DNA from: a virus
Taxonomy: Duplodnaviria; Caudoviricetes
Strand: one strand, 5' to 3'
Length of the DNA stretch: 64,000 nucleotides
Virus record (IMG/VR): IMGVR_UViG_3300027833_000011
In this document: one piece after another, positions 26,196-34,403 of the stretch
Layout of the letters: the number at the start of each line of letters is the position of its first letter
Position numbering within the stretch: position 1 is the first letter of the stretch
Notes under the pieces: model-generated
Databases searched by the model: none
Told to the model about the DNA's origin: nothing
What the model saw: only the letters and a program-made list of their open reading frames with translations
Program-made: the position numbers and the translations under genes

Positions 26196-27602
26196 ATGAA
26201 AAACAGGTTAACTTTAGTGACGGTTGCGACTCATAAGACGCATGAGTTAGATAGGTTTATCGAATCCGCTAAATATCACGGATATGACTATGTTATATTA
26301 GGATTAGGGATGGAATGGACTGGTGGTGTTGCCGACAATGGTCGATTAGTATTTCCCGGTGGAGGAATGAAAGTGAATCTTCTAAAGAATTATCTATCCA
26401 CATATAAGGGGTCGAATAGCGATGTAATACTTTTTACAGACTCCTACGATGTTGTATTCAACGAAAAACCCGATGAGTTATTAAGTAGATGGGACGGCAA
26501 TGTATTATTTACCGCAGAAAAAACTTGTTGGCCTGACAGGGATTTGGAAGAAGAATATCCAAATTCACCTTACGGTTATAAATATTTAAATAGTGGTGGT
26601 TTTATTGCGACAGTTGGTGACCTAATTAATCTAACGGAAACTAAGTGTATGGACCACGACGATGACCAATTATATTATACACTAAAGTTTTTAAATGGTG
26701 ACAAGATTAATTTGGACTATAATTTAGACATATTTCAAACTCTTAATCAGTCTATTGATGATGTTGAAATACATGACGGTAGAGTTTATAATAAAGTGAC
26801 TAAAACGTATCCTATAGTTATTCATGCTAATGGAGGTGTTGGCCCAAGGACTTATTTAAACAAATTTTATAACGATATGAGACAACCAGAGCCTACATTA
26901 AAAAGATTAAACGGTAATGAAAGAGTGTGTTTACAAATGATATTTGATAAGAAACATACAAATCCGTCAATTATGGTTGAAAGTCTTTCCTACTTAACCT
27001 ATGATAAAAGATTAATTGATTTATCGTTTTATAATAATAACAAAGAAAATCAATGGGCTATTGAGAACTACATTAAAAATAATGAAGACAAATATAACTC
27101 AATCACACAGGTTTATGACGATAGTAAAGGGGTTTATGAGTTAAGAGAAATCTTATTTAAAAACGCCACACAATATGATGGGGATTATGTGTTACATAAT
27201 GACTCGTCGTTTATTATGAAAAATAAAGATATCATTCAATTATTAATGTCAGAAGGTAAGGATATTATCTCACCAATGATTAATACTGAACAAACGTTTA
27301 ACTCTAACTTTTGGGGTGGTGTTTCAGATGATGGGTATTATTTAGAGAGTTACGATTACCACGATATTAGAACGTACAATAAAAAAGGAACTTTTGTTGT
27401 TCCATTTATTAGTGGGGTGATGATGTTTAGTAGTGAAATATTAAAAACTGATTTATTTGTTACGATGTTTAATAATTTAGAAAAAGAAATTCTTAATTAT
27501 TATGGTGAAGACTACATGGTTGTATTGGCAAATACTATCAGAGACAAGAATTTGTTTATGTATGTAACCAATAAAAGATATTATGGAAAATTTTTTAATT
27601 AA
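26196..27602 (+). CDS. PLOD/LH3 (procollagen lysyl hydroxylase/glycosyltransferase)-like protein: GT plus accessory domains, no oxygenase domain
   Basis: LVTVAT, LGLGMEWTGG, GGGMKVNLLK, LFTDSYDVV, AEKTCWPD, YLNSGGFI, DDDQLYYT, HANG; accessory domain IISPMI..SNFWGGVSDDGYY..S.DY..GTFVVPFIS. Confidence 0.85.
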   Translation: MKNRLTLVTVATHKTHELDRFIESAKYHGYDYVILGLGMEWTGGVADNGRLVFPGGGMKVNLLKNYLSTYKGSNSDVILFTDSYDVVFNEKPDELLSRWDGNVLFTAEKTCWPDRDLEEEYPNSPYGYKYLNSGGFIATVGDLINLTETKCMDHDDDQLYYTLKFLNGDKINLDYNLDIFQTLNQSIDDVEIHDGRVYNKVTKTYPIVIHANGGVGPRTYLNKFYNDMRQPEPTLKRLNGNERVCLQMIFDKKHTNPSIMVESLSYLTYDKRLIDLSFYNNNKENQWAIENYIKNNEDKYNSITQVYDDSKGVYELREILFKNATQYDGDYVLHNDSSFIMKNKDIIQLLMSEGKDIISPMINTEQTFNSNFWGGVSDDGYYLESYDYHDIRTYNKKGTFVVPFISGVMMFSSEILKTDLFVTMFNNLEKEILNYYGEDYMVVLANTIRDKNLFMYVTNKRYYGKFFN

Positions 27603-27603
27603 A

Positions 27604-27636
27604 TTTGGACTACAAAGAAAAAAAGGCTTATCTTTG
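27604..27636 (+). promoter_or_regulatory. Bacteroidota sigma70-type promoter
   Basis: TTTG 27604-27607, 21-nt spacer, TATCTTTG 27629-27636. Confidence 0.75.
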
Positions 27637-27663
27637 TAGTGAACAAAAAGAGAAATAGAAATT

Positions 27664-28473
27664 ATGGCAGACTTATTAAAATATCACAAATCTTTACCTT
27701 TAACAGAACAAGAAATATTAGACAGAGCACCATCTGTTTTTGCAACAGAGGCTTCAGGTCACGTTTCAGAGAAGTACACTTTTATTCCAACAACTCAAGT
27801 TATTGAGGATATGGAGGAGTTAGGTTGGAAAGTATATTCGGCGGAACAAAGAACTGCTAGAACTAAGGTTAGAAACACACACACGAAACACTTATTACGT
27901 TTTCGTAACGACACTCTAACTGAAGTGTTAGGTTGTATTCCTGAGATTACACTAACCAACTCACACGACGGTCGAAACGCATTTCAATTCTATGTTGGAC
28001 TATACAGACCTGATATTCAAAGTTCTTTTGTAATTCGTCACGAAACGTTGAATGGTTTACGTATCAAACACCAATGGTACACGTTAAATGAGGTAAGAGA
28101 AGTAACACAAAAAGTTATTAATCACCTACCAGTTTTAATCGAACAGGTACAATTATTAAACAACACGACAATCGGTAAAACAGAACAAAGAGAATACGCG
28201 ATGAGAGCTATGATGACACGTTGGGGTAAAGACTACCCTTCAATTTTACATAGAGTCGTTATGAATCCGATTAAAGGTGAAACAGTGACATTGTGGGACG
28301 CATTTAACAACGTACAAAACCATATTCTAAACGGTGGTATCACTTACACATTAGCGTCTAAACGACAACAAACTGTAAGAGCGATTACAAACGTCGACTT
28401 AAAAATTAAAATCAACGAAGAGTTGTGGGAAGTGACCCAAGGGTATGTCAAACTAAAACAAAAAGTATATTAA
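27664..28473 (+). CDS. DUF932/DUF945-family protein
   Basis: RAPSVFA..VSEKYTFIPT..GW..HTKHLLRFR..PEITLTNSHDG..F..GLYR. Confidence 0.85.
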   Translation: MADLLKYHKSLPLTEQEILDRAPSVFATEASGHVSEKYTFIPTTQVIEDMEELGWKVYSAEQRTARTKVRNTHTKHLLRFRNDTLTEVLGCIPEITLTNSHDGRNAFQFYVGLYRPDIQSSFVIRHETLNGLRIKHQWYTLNEVREVTQKVINHLPVLIEQVQLLNNTTIGKTEQREYAMRAMMTRWGKDYPSILHRVVMNPIKGETVTLWDAFNNVQNHILNGGITYTLASKRQQTVRAITNVDLKIKINEELWEVTQGYVKLKQKVY

Positions 28474-28474
28474 C

Positions 28475-28500
28475 AAAAAGGGACCTCGAGTCCCTTTTTT
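28475..28500. terminator. Intrinsic terminator
   Basis: AAAAAGGGAC-CTCGA-GTCCCTTTTTT. Confidence 0.85.
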
Positions 28501-28529
28501 TATTCGGTAAAAACTCTTATCTTTACTCC

Positions 28530-30188
28530 ATGGTTGAAAATCTGTATAAGAATATTTTTGATGAACATAGGATTACGTATCACGAAGTGTCTAATGATGC
28601 GACTTTAATGCGTAACATAGAGGACCATAAAACCAATGCGTCTAGAATGGATGGGTATAGTAAACATAAGTTATATTATTTTACCGTATCTAAATATTCA
28701 GAAAATAAAGAAGACTTTATTGATGAATACGGTAATATGTTATGTGACTTGGAGAATACTCGAAGAACTGTTGTCGTTGAAAAAGAGGGGGATAAGGTTA
28801 GGTTATCTTTTTACTATTATAAGAAATTTAGGAAGGTGGGTAAGTTGTATTTTGCTAAGATGTACGACCGACATTATCTGACCTATAATTTAAAGACTAA
28901 TAATTTTTATATGACAAACGTTATGAAGTCGATAGGTTATAGAAGAAGTAAACGAATACGTTGTAACCCAACACATAATATTAGTCGAGTGGTTGAACAC
29001 ATTCATGACTTTAAGTTTACTAATGATGATTCAGAATATCTTAAAGTGTTTATGAGGGCTTTAGACCCTGAAACTAACTATGGTAAAGACAAGTACTTAA
29101 CATTTGAAGAGGCATTCATAAGATTCTTTGTTGGTAGAAATGGTATTAAAGGTCCAAATCATATGACATCGTTAATATTGAGAAATTATCCAGGTAAGAA
29201 GTCCTTAAAGAAGAATGGGTATAATCTAATACATTCAATATTAGATAATGTTGGGTTGAAAAGTAAGTACTTCGTTAGTTTAATGAACAACTATAAACCT
29301 GATTTAAGTTATTTGATTCAATATGCTAACCTATTAGGGTTAAAATATGTTAAGAGTATTAATAAGGAGTTTTTTAAGAAAGAGAGGGCTCCGTATGAAA
29401 CCTTTGTTGATTTAAAGAAAAAGTATTACGAAGATACGGAAAATTATCCTATTTACCAAAACATTACTGATTATGATAGAAAAAACATAGTTAAGGTTAT
29501 CAACGATTTTACGGTTACGAGTCCTGACACACCAATTAATAGTACACGTTCTATGAATATCACAGGGCTGATAAATGACCATATTAGGATTATGGATAAC
29601 TTAAGAACGTTTGAGGAGGATATTAAATTTAAGTCTAAGACTTATTCAGAATTTGAGCAAGAACACGTTAACTATAGTGAGAAGTATTCGTTATATAGAA
29701 ATTCTGAGGAGATTTACTACCAATATGATGAACAAATAATTAATGGTTTAAAGAATTCACAAAAAGGGTATGAGTACGTATTATTATCGAATGATATGGA
29801 CTACATAAATGAGTCTACACATCAAAACAATTGTGTTAGAACTTATATTGATAAGTTTGATTCTATAATCATTTCTGTTAGACTTGGGGGTAAAAGAATA
29901 ACGACTGAATTCACATACAAAGGTGATTGTATTCAAAAGAGAGGGTCTTATAATAGTGAAGTTGACGAATCTTTTAATGAGGGTATTATGGAGTTGGAAC
30001 GTATTATGAAAACTATTTATTTGAGTGGGGGGTTAAAACAACCAACTATCAAAATAAAGAATAAACTTAACGGAGACGAAAAACACTATACTATTAAAGA
30101 GTTAAAAACGAATGGGTATAGACGTTCTAAAGGTAATGAAGGTTTTTTGGATTTTGTCGACGATGAATTAGATTTTATGTTAATATGA
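28530..30188 (+). CDS. PcfJ-like domain protein (start at 28530 rather than 28425)
   Basis: DHIRIM..H..; C-terminal ESTHQNNCVRTY..IISVR..TTEF..Q.RG..N. Confidence 0.7.
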   Translation: MVENLYKNIFDEHRITYHEVSNDATLMRNIEDHKTNASRMDGYSKHKLYYFTVSKYSENKEDFIDEYGNMLCDLENTRRTVVVEKEGDKVRLSFYYYKKFRKVGKLYFAKMYDRHYLTYNLKTNNFYMTNVMKSIGYRRSKRIRCNPTHNISRVVEHIHDFKFTNDDSEYLKVFMRALDPETNYGKDKYLTFEEAFIRFFVGRNGIKGPNHMTSLILRNYPGKKSLKKNGYNLIHSILDNVGLKSKYFVSLMNNYKPDLSYLIQYANLLGLKYVKSINKEFFKKERAPYETFVDLKKKYYEDTENYPIYQNITDYDRKNIVKVINDFTVTSPDTPINSTRSMNITGLINDHIRIMDNLRTFEEDIKFKSKTYSEFEQEHVNYSEKYSLYRNSEEIYYQYDEQIINGLKNSQKGYEYVLLSNDMDYINESTHQNNCVRTYIDKFDSIIISVRLGGKRITTEFTYKGDCIQKRGSYNSEVDESFNEGIMELERIMKTIYLSGGLKQPTIKIKNKLNGDEKHYTIKELKTNGYRRSKGNEGFLDFVDDELDFMLI

Positions 30189-30778
30189 AAAAAACAATAA
30201 CAATGATTTTATGTATGTGTATTGTTACGGCATTTACATTAAGAGAACAACAACAATATGAGGACGTAACGATAACTACAGACATATACACAGTATTATA
30301 CTCTCAAGAATATGAACAACCACTTAAGTTAGATTATATAGTACAATGTCCTGGTGGTGGTGTTAGTAGAAAAGGGTTGGACTTCTATGGGGTTGACAGT
30401 GTGAAGACTTCAAACAATAATGATTATCGTAACAATGTTTGGGATAAAGGTCATTTAGCGCCAGCGGCTGATTTTAATTGTAGTCGAGAGATGTTAAAGA
30501 AAACATTCTCGTATTTGAATTGTGCTCTACAACACGAAGGTCTTAATAGAGGACCGTGGAGATTCTTGGAAGAATACGAAAGAGAGTTGGCGTTAGAAAA
30601 TGATACGGTTAAGGTTTCTGTGATAGTACATTTCGATAACGACACTGTATTACCAACAGGTGCTAAGATACCATCAGATTTCACTAAGATAATTATAGTG
30701 AATAATGACACCTTAACCTACAAATTCCCAAACAAAAATGTTAGAGGTAAAAAATGGGAAGAATTTGAGGTTAAGTAA
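30185..30778 (+). CDS. DNA/RNA non-specific endonuclease (NucA/EndoG type) with signal peptide
   Basis: WDKGHLAPAADF, TFSYLNCALQHEGLNRGPW..LE, IPSDFTKII. Confidence 0.9.
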   Translation: MKKTITMILCMCIVTAFTLREQQQYEDVTITTDIYTVLYSQEYEQPLKLDYIVQCPGGGVSRKGLDFYGVDSVKTSNNNDYRNNVWDKGHLAPAADFNCSREMLKKTFSYLNCALQHEGLNRGPWRFLEEYERELALENDTVKVSVIVHFDNDTVLPTGAKIPSDFTKIIIVNNDTLTYKFPNKNVRGKKWEEFEVK

Positions 30779-30823
30779 TTTACAACCTTAATATTATAAG
30801 GTATTATTATAAAAACAAAAATT

Positions 30824-31144
30824 ATGAAAAAAGTATCATACAGTGAATTTAAAGAGTTACAATCTGGTAACAATAGAATATTCGTAGATTTCTACGCCGA
30901 TTGGTGTGGACCATGTAAAATGATGTTACCTGTATTAGAAAAGGTGTCTGATGAAATGTCTGAGACTGGTGTGACCTTTGTTAAGGTTAACGCTGATGAA
31001 GAAAGAGAATTATCTGCAGAGTTTGGTGTTAGAGGGATTCCAACATTCGTTATGATTGACGAAGGTGAGGTTAAAAACAGATTCTCAGGTGTTAAGGGTA
31101 AAGCGGAATTAACCGAAAGTATTAAAGAAACATTCAATGTCTAA
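30824..31144 (+). CDS. trxA: Thioredoxin
   Basis: DFYADWCGPCKM, KVNADE, GIPT. Confidence 0.92.
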   Translation: MKKVSYSEFKELQSGNNRIFVDFYADWCGPCKMMLPVLEKVSDEMSETGVTFVKVNADEERELSAEFGVRGIPTFVMIDEGEVKNRFSGVKGKAELTESIKETFNV

Positions 31145-31412
31145 AGACGTATTCCTATACACAATGGACGGTTGTCCTTACTGTCAAGAGGTTAAAACAT
31201 TATTGGATAATGATAATGTTAAATACACTGAGAGAGATTGTGATGAATATGAAATGCAATATGAGATATTAAAATCTAATACTGAAAATAACGAATTTGT
31301 TCCTGCTTTTGAAATTAGGGATAATGAAAAAATGACTAAACGTTTCTTAGCTCCTGATAGAGATTTTGAAGAATTAGAACACGCGGTTTATTTAGTTAAA
31401 AAATACATTTAA
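31137..31412 (+). CDS. Glutaredoxin-like protein
   Basis: LYTMDGCPYCQEVK, FVPAF. Confidence 0.85.
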   Translation: MSKDVFLYTMDGCPYCQEVKTLLDNDNVKYTERDCDEYEMQYEILKSNTENNEFVPAFEIRDNEKMTKRFLAPDRDFEELEHAVYLVKKYI

Positions 31413-31945
31413 TGATAGTAGAGACAAACGTAGGGTTAGAGTATAAGGTACCTAAAGGACCGAGATTAAAATCAAGAAGAGAATTTCAGTTAGATAATGG
31501 GTTGGTAATTGCCACCTTTGATGGTGACTTAAGTGAGTTAGATTTTATGGTAAAATACTTAGACCCTAATGTTTCTAAAAGTTTAAGAACACCGTCTTAT
31601 TGTATGATTGGTGTTGATTTATTGTTAAAGGCACAACAGAATAAAGGTTTGACTAAAGATTTTGTTATTGAGTTTATTCAATTTTGGGATAACTTAGTTC
31701 CACCTTTAGATATAGAAAGTAGAGATAGTTACGTTTTTAACTTCGACAATGTTTTAGGAGATTATTCTGAATTAAACTTCTATGGTGAAATGTCGGTTGA
31801 GATGTTATCAACAGTCATTAATTTGTATGTGTTAAATGAGAAGTCTAAGTTAAAAGGTAAGAAGTTTAGGACCCTTTTAGAGAGTATAGTTAAATATTGT
31901 GATAACAATATGGACTACTTCACACTAATTTCTAAGATAAAGTAG
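31412..31945 (+). CDS. Hypothetical protein
   Basis: 177-aa ORF. Confidence 0.65.
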   Translation: MIVETNVGLEYKVPKGPRLKSRREFQLDNGLVIATFDGDLSELDFMVKYLDPNVSKSLRTPSYCMIGVDLLLKAQQNKGLTKDFVIEFIQFWDNLVPPLDIESRDSYVFNFDNVLGDYSELNFYGEMSVEMLSTVINLYVLNEKSKLKGKKFRTLLESIVKYCDNNMDYFTLISKIK

Positions 31946-31969
31946 TATTTATAGTTAATACTATCTACT

Positions 31970-32782
31970 ATGGAAAAAAAATACGAGATTAAAGTTAGAG
32001 ACAAAGGTTTTAGCGTGTTACGTACTGATGACGTAATAGGGTTTAAAACATATACGGTTGTTAATGAGAATGACAGTAACTACTATACCGTATCAGTTGC
32101 TAATAACGCAACCTTAAAAGAATCTAATAATGATGAGGTTTTTTATGTTATCAAAGAGAAAGGTAGAAGTATTATTAGAGAAAATATAAACACAATCTTT
32201 CCAACCACAATTGTAAATTACTTTCTATCGAATTTAAATGAAAATGAAGAGTATGTGGGGGAAGGTAATTCAGAAGAGGTTTTAGATTACCTTTACGACA
32301 CTTTCAATGGATTAAGTTACCGAGTAAGACATGTGATATATTACGACAACATAAAAGACTCTTTAGATTATGAATTCTTATTGATTATTGGAGGTGATTT
32401 GGATACTGTATATCTTTCAGTTAAGGAAAACGGTGATATTTTTGTTGTTGACAATGACGAAGTTCATTTGTTAGGTGATACAGGTTCTCCTGAGTATTTT
32501 GAAAAATCTTTATCTACTTACTTAAGTGGTATGGAACATTTTACTGCGATGGTTAATGAGGATACGGATGATGAGGTCATCATTGAGTCATTTAATCAAA
32601 CACACGGTATTGTAATAGAAAATAGAATCGCTCAAATATACAATAAGGATACTTCAAAATCTTGTGGTTATATTGATAGACGTAATGGCGTTTATAATTT
32701 AACAGAAGAAGTTAAATTATATGGGGTTGATAGATTAAAATCTATTGTTGAAAACTACGAAGTAAAACAATTACTTAAATAG
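31970..32782 (+). CDS. Hypothetical protein
   Basis: 270-aa ORF after TATTTATA at 31946. Confidence 0.7.
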   Translation: MEKKYEIKVRDKGFSVLRTDDVIGFKTYTVVNENDSNYYTVSVANNATLKESNNDEVFYVIKEKGRSIIRENINTIFPTTIVNYFLSNLNENEEYVGEGNSEEVLDYLYDTFNGLSYRVRHVIYYDNIKDSLDYEFLLIIGGDLDTVYLSVKENGDIFVVDNDEVHLLGDTGSPEYFEKSLSTYLSGMEHFTAMVNEDTDDEVIIESFNQTHGIVIENRIAQIYNKDTSKSCGYIDRRNGVYNLTEEVKLYGVDRLKSIVENYEVKQLLK

Positions 32783-32784
32783 TA

Positions 32785-33336
32785 CTATTGTCTTATTAGT
32801 AGGTCTATAAAGTGTTCTTTAAGGTCCATTCTTTCTTCTTCGGGGTAACTACACCACTGCCAAGTAATACTTGATTTAATCGTGTCTATTTCGGTCTGAA
32901 CTTTCTTACAGTTTTTCTCTAAGGTATCTAAATCTTTCTTATCAAATTCTTTTTCGATATCAATATCTAATTCGTCTGATAACATAACCAACTCCATTAG
33001 ATTTAAATTTTCATATGCTTTAGCTGCTTTTGAAAATATCTTATTCATCTTTTCGTCCTTAATAACATCAGGATGTGTTTTACGTGAGATATTACGGTAC
33101 AGTTCTTTTGCGATTTTAGAGTTGTTCTTAGGTTTAACTTCTTCGTTAAGTTCATCGATTAGTTTTTGACCCTCAGCGGATGCCTTATCAATACCATCAT
33201 GATTAGACTCGTCCATTAAGGTGTCTTTAAAGTCCTCCATAAATATTGAGGTATATTCCTCCTGTTGTGAAGTTACTTCGTCTAACTCTAATTGGAGGTA
33301 TTTGTATTTAAACACCCATTTTTTCGTTATGTTCAT
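32785..33336 (-). CDS. Protein with a central J domain (HPD motif)
   Basis: AKELYRNISRKTHPD..KMNKIFSKAAKAYE. Confidence 0.75.
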   Translation of the reverse strand: MNITKKWVFKYKYLQLELDEVTSQQEEYTSIFMEDFKDTLMDESNHDGIDKASAEGQKLIDELNEEVKPKNNSKIAKELYRNISRKTHPDVIKDEKMNKIFSKAAKAYENLNLMELVMLSDELDIDIEKEFDKKDLDTLEKNCKKVQTEIDTIKSSITWQWCSYPEEERMDLKEHFIDLLIRQ

Positions 33337-33337
33337 A

Positions 33338-34315
33338 TTAAAATATAATAAGTTCTTTGGTTTTGTCTAACTTTTCCCATTGAAATTTATCAGGATTATC
33401 AAAACCGTTAATATAGTAATCTTTATAATTTGGTGTGAAAAAATCTAACTTATCTTTCATTTGTTTAATTGATAGAGGAAAGACATCCATTACACAACTA
33501 TAAATATTTTTCATATCGTATTTCTCAGTACCAAATGAATTAATATTAAAACTTAATGGTGTAATTGAACTTTGATTAAAGTTAACACTTATTAAACATT
33601 CGTCCATTAATGAACTATTAACAATGTTTTTAGACATATACCTCAAATAAAGAGGTAGTATTCTATTTGGTGATAATGGGTCAGAACCAATGAATTGATT
33701 ATTGGTTGTTGGTAATTCGTGATAACTATGTAGAGTATTATTATTGGTATAGAACTCACTATGGGTTGTATATGTATTTAAGATACTTACAGATGGTTTC
33801 TCTAAGTTTGGGTCGTCGAGTCTAACAATATTTAAAACGTCTTTCTTAGACACACTCCTGTCGTTAGTCATAACAGTAATTGATATGACATTACATTCTT
33901 TAGTATCGTATGTTAATTGACAAATATGTGAGTGACTTTTACTCAACCCGTCTACAATTTTTTGAGAGATGTGTTTACCAATGGGGTATGAATTGACTAC
34001 GTTTTTTGTTGAGTACCCATAATAGTTACCATAATGTAGTGTGTCAGAATAAATTGGCGATTTTTGTTGAAAAAAATTAATCTCGGAGAACGTATTAAAT
34101 AACTCAAAATTATCTTGGAAAAGGTATGATTTCAAATCAATTAAGTTTGTAGTAGGAAGATAGATATTACAGTATTTACCAAATATTGAAGTATTTATAT
34201 TGTAAGGAAACAGATTGTTACACTCAATGAAGTAGTCCACAATAGATTCGCTAATAATATTAGGAATAGATTGTTTAGTTTTAACCGAATAAGACTTGTA
34301 ATTTCTGTATCTCAC
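33338..34315 (-). CDS. Highly diverged S-adenosylmethionine synthetase (MetK)-fold protein lacking catalytic motifs
   Basis: Co-linear with MetK: IISESIVD, QKSPI, YGYST, GSDP..R..YLRYMSKNIV..L.D.C, SFGT, F.WEK.DK; GHPDK, GAGDQG and GGGAFSGK are substituted. Confidence 0.7.
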   Translation of the reverse strand: MRYRNYKSYSVKTKQSIPNIISESIVDYFIECNNLFPYNINTSIFGKYCNIYLPTTNLIDLKSYLFQDNFELFNTFSEINFFQQKSPIYSDTLHYGNYYGYSTKNVVNSYPIGKHISQKIVDGLSKSHSHICQLTYDTKECNVISITVMTNDRSVSKKDVLNIVRLDDPNLEKPSVSILNTYTTHSEFYTNNNTLHSYHELPTTNNQFIGSDPLSPNRILPLYLRYMSKNIVNSSLMDECLISVNFNQSSITPLSFNINSFGTEKYDMKNIYSCVMDVFPLSIKQMKDKLDFFTPNYKDYYINGFDNPDKFQWEKLDKTKELIIF

Positions 34316-34403
34316 TTTTTTTTTTAATAAATGTATATAAATTATACTACATTATAAAGGAAGTGATATTTATAAAAGTATTAAAAAAGTAAAAAGATAA
34401 TAA

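Noticed and set aside
28425-28529. Upstream start of the PcfJ-like ORF at 28425
   Set aside because: It overlaps the DUF932 gene end and crosses its terminator; the ATG at 28530 is more plausible.
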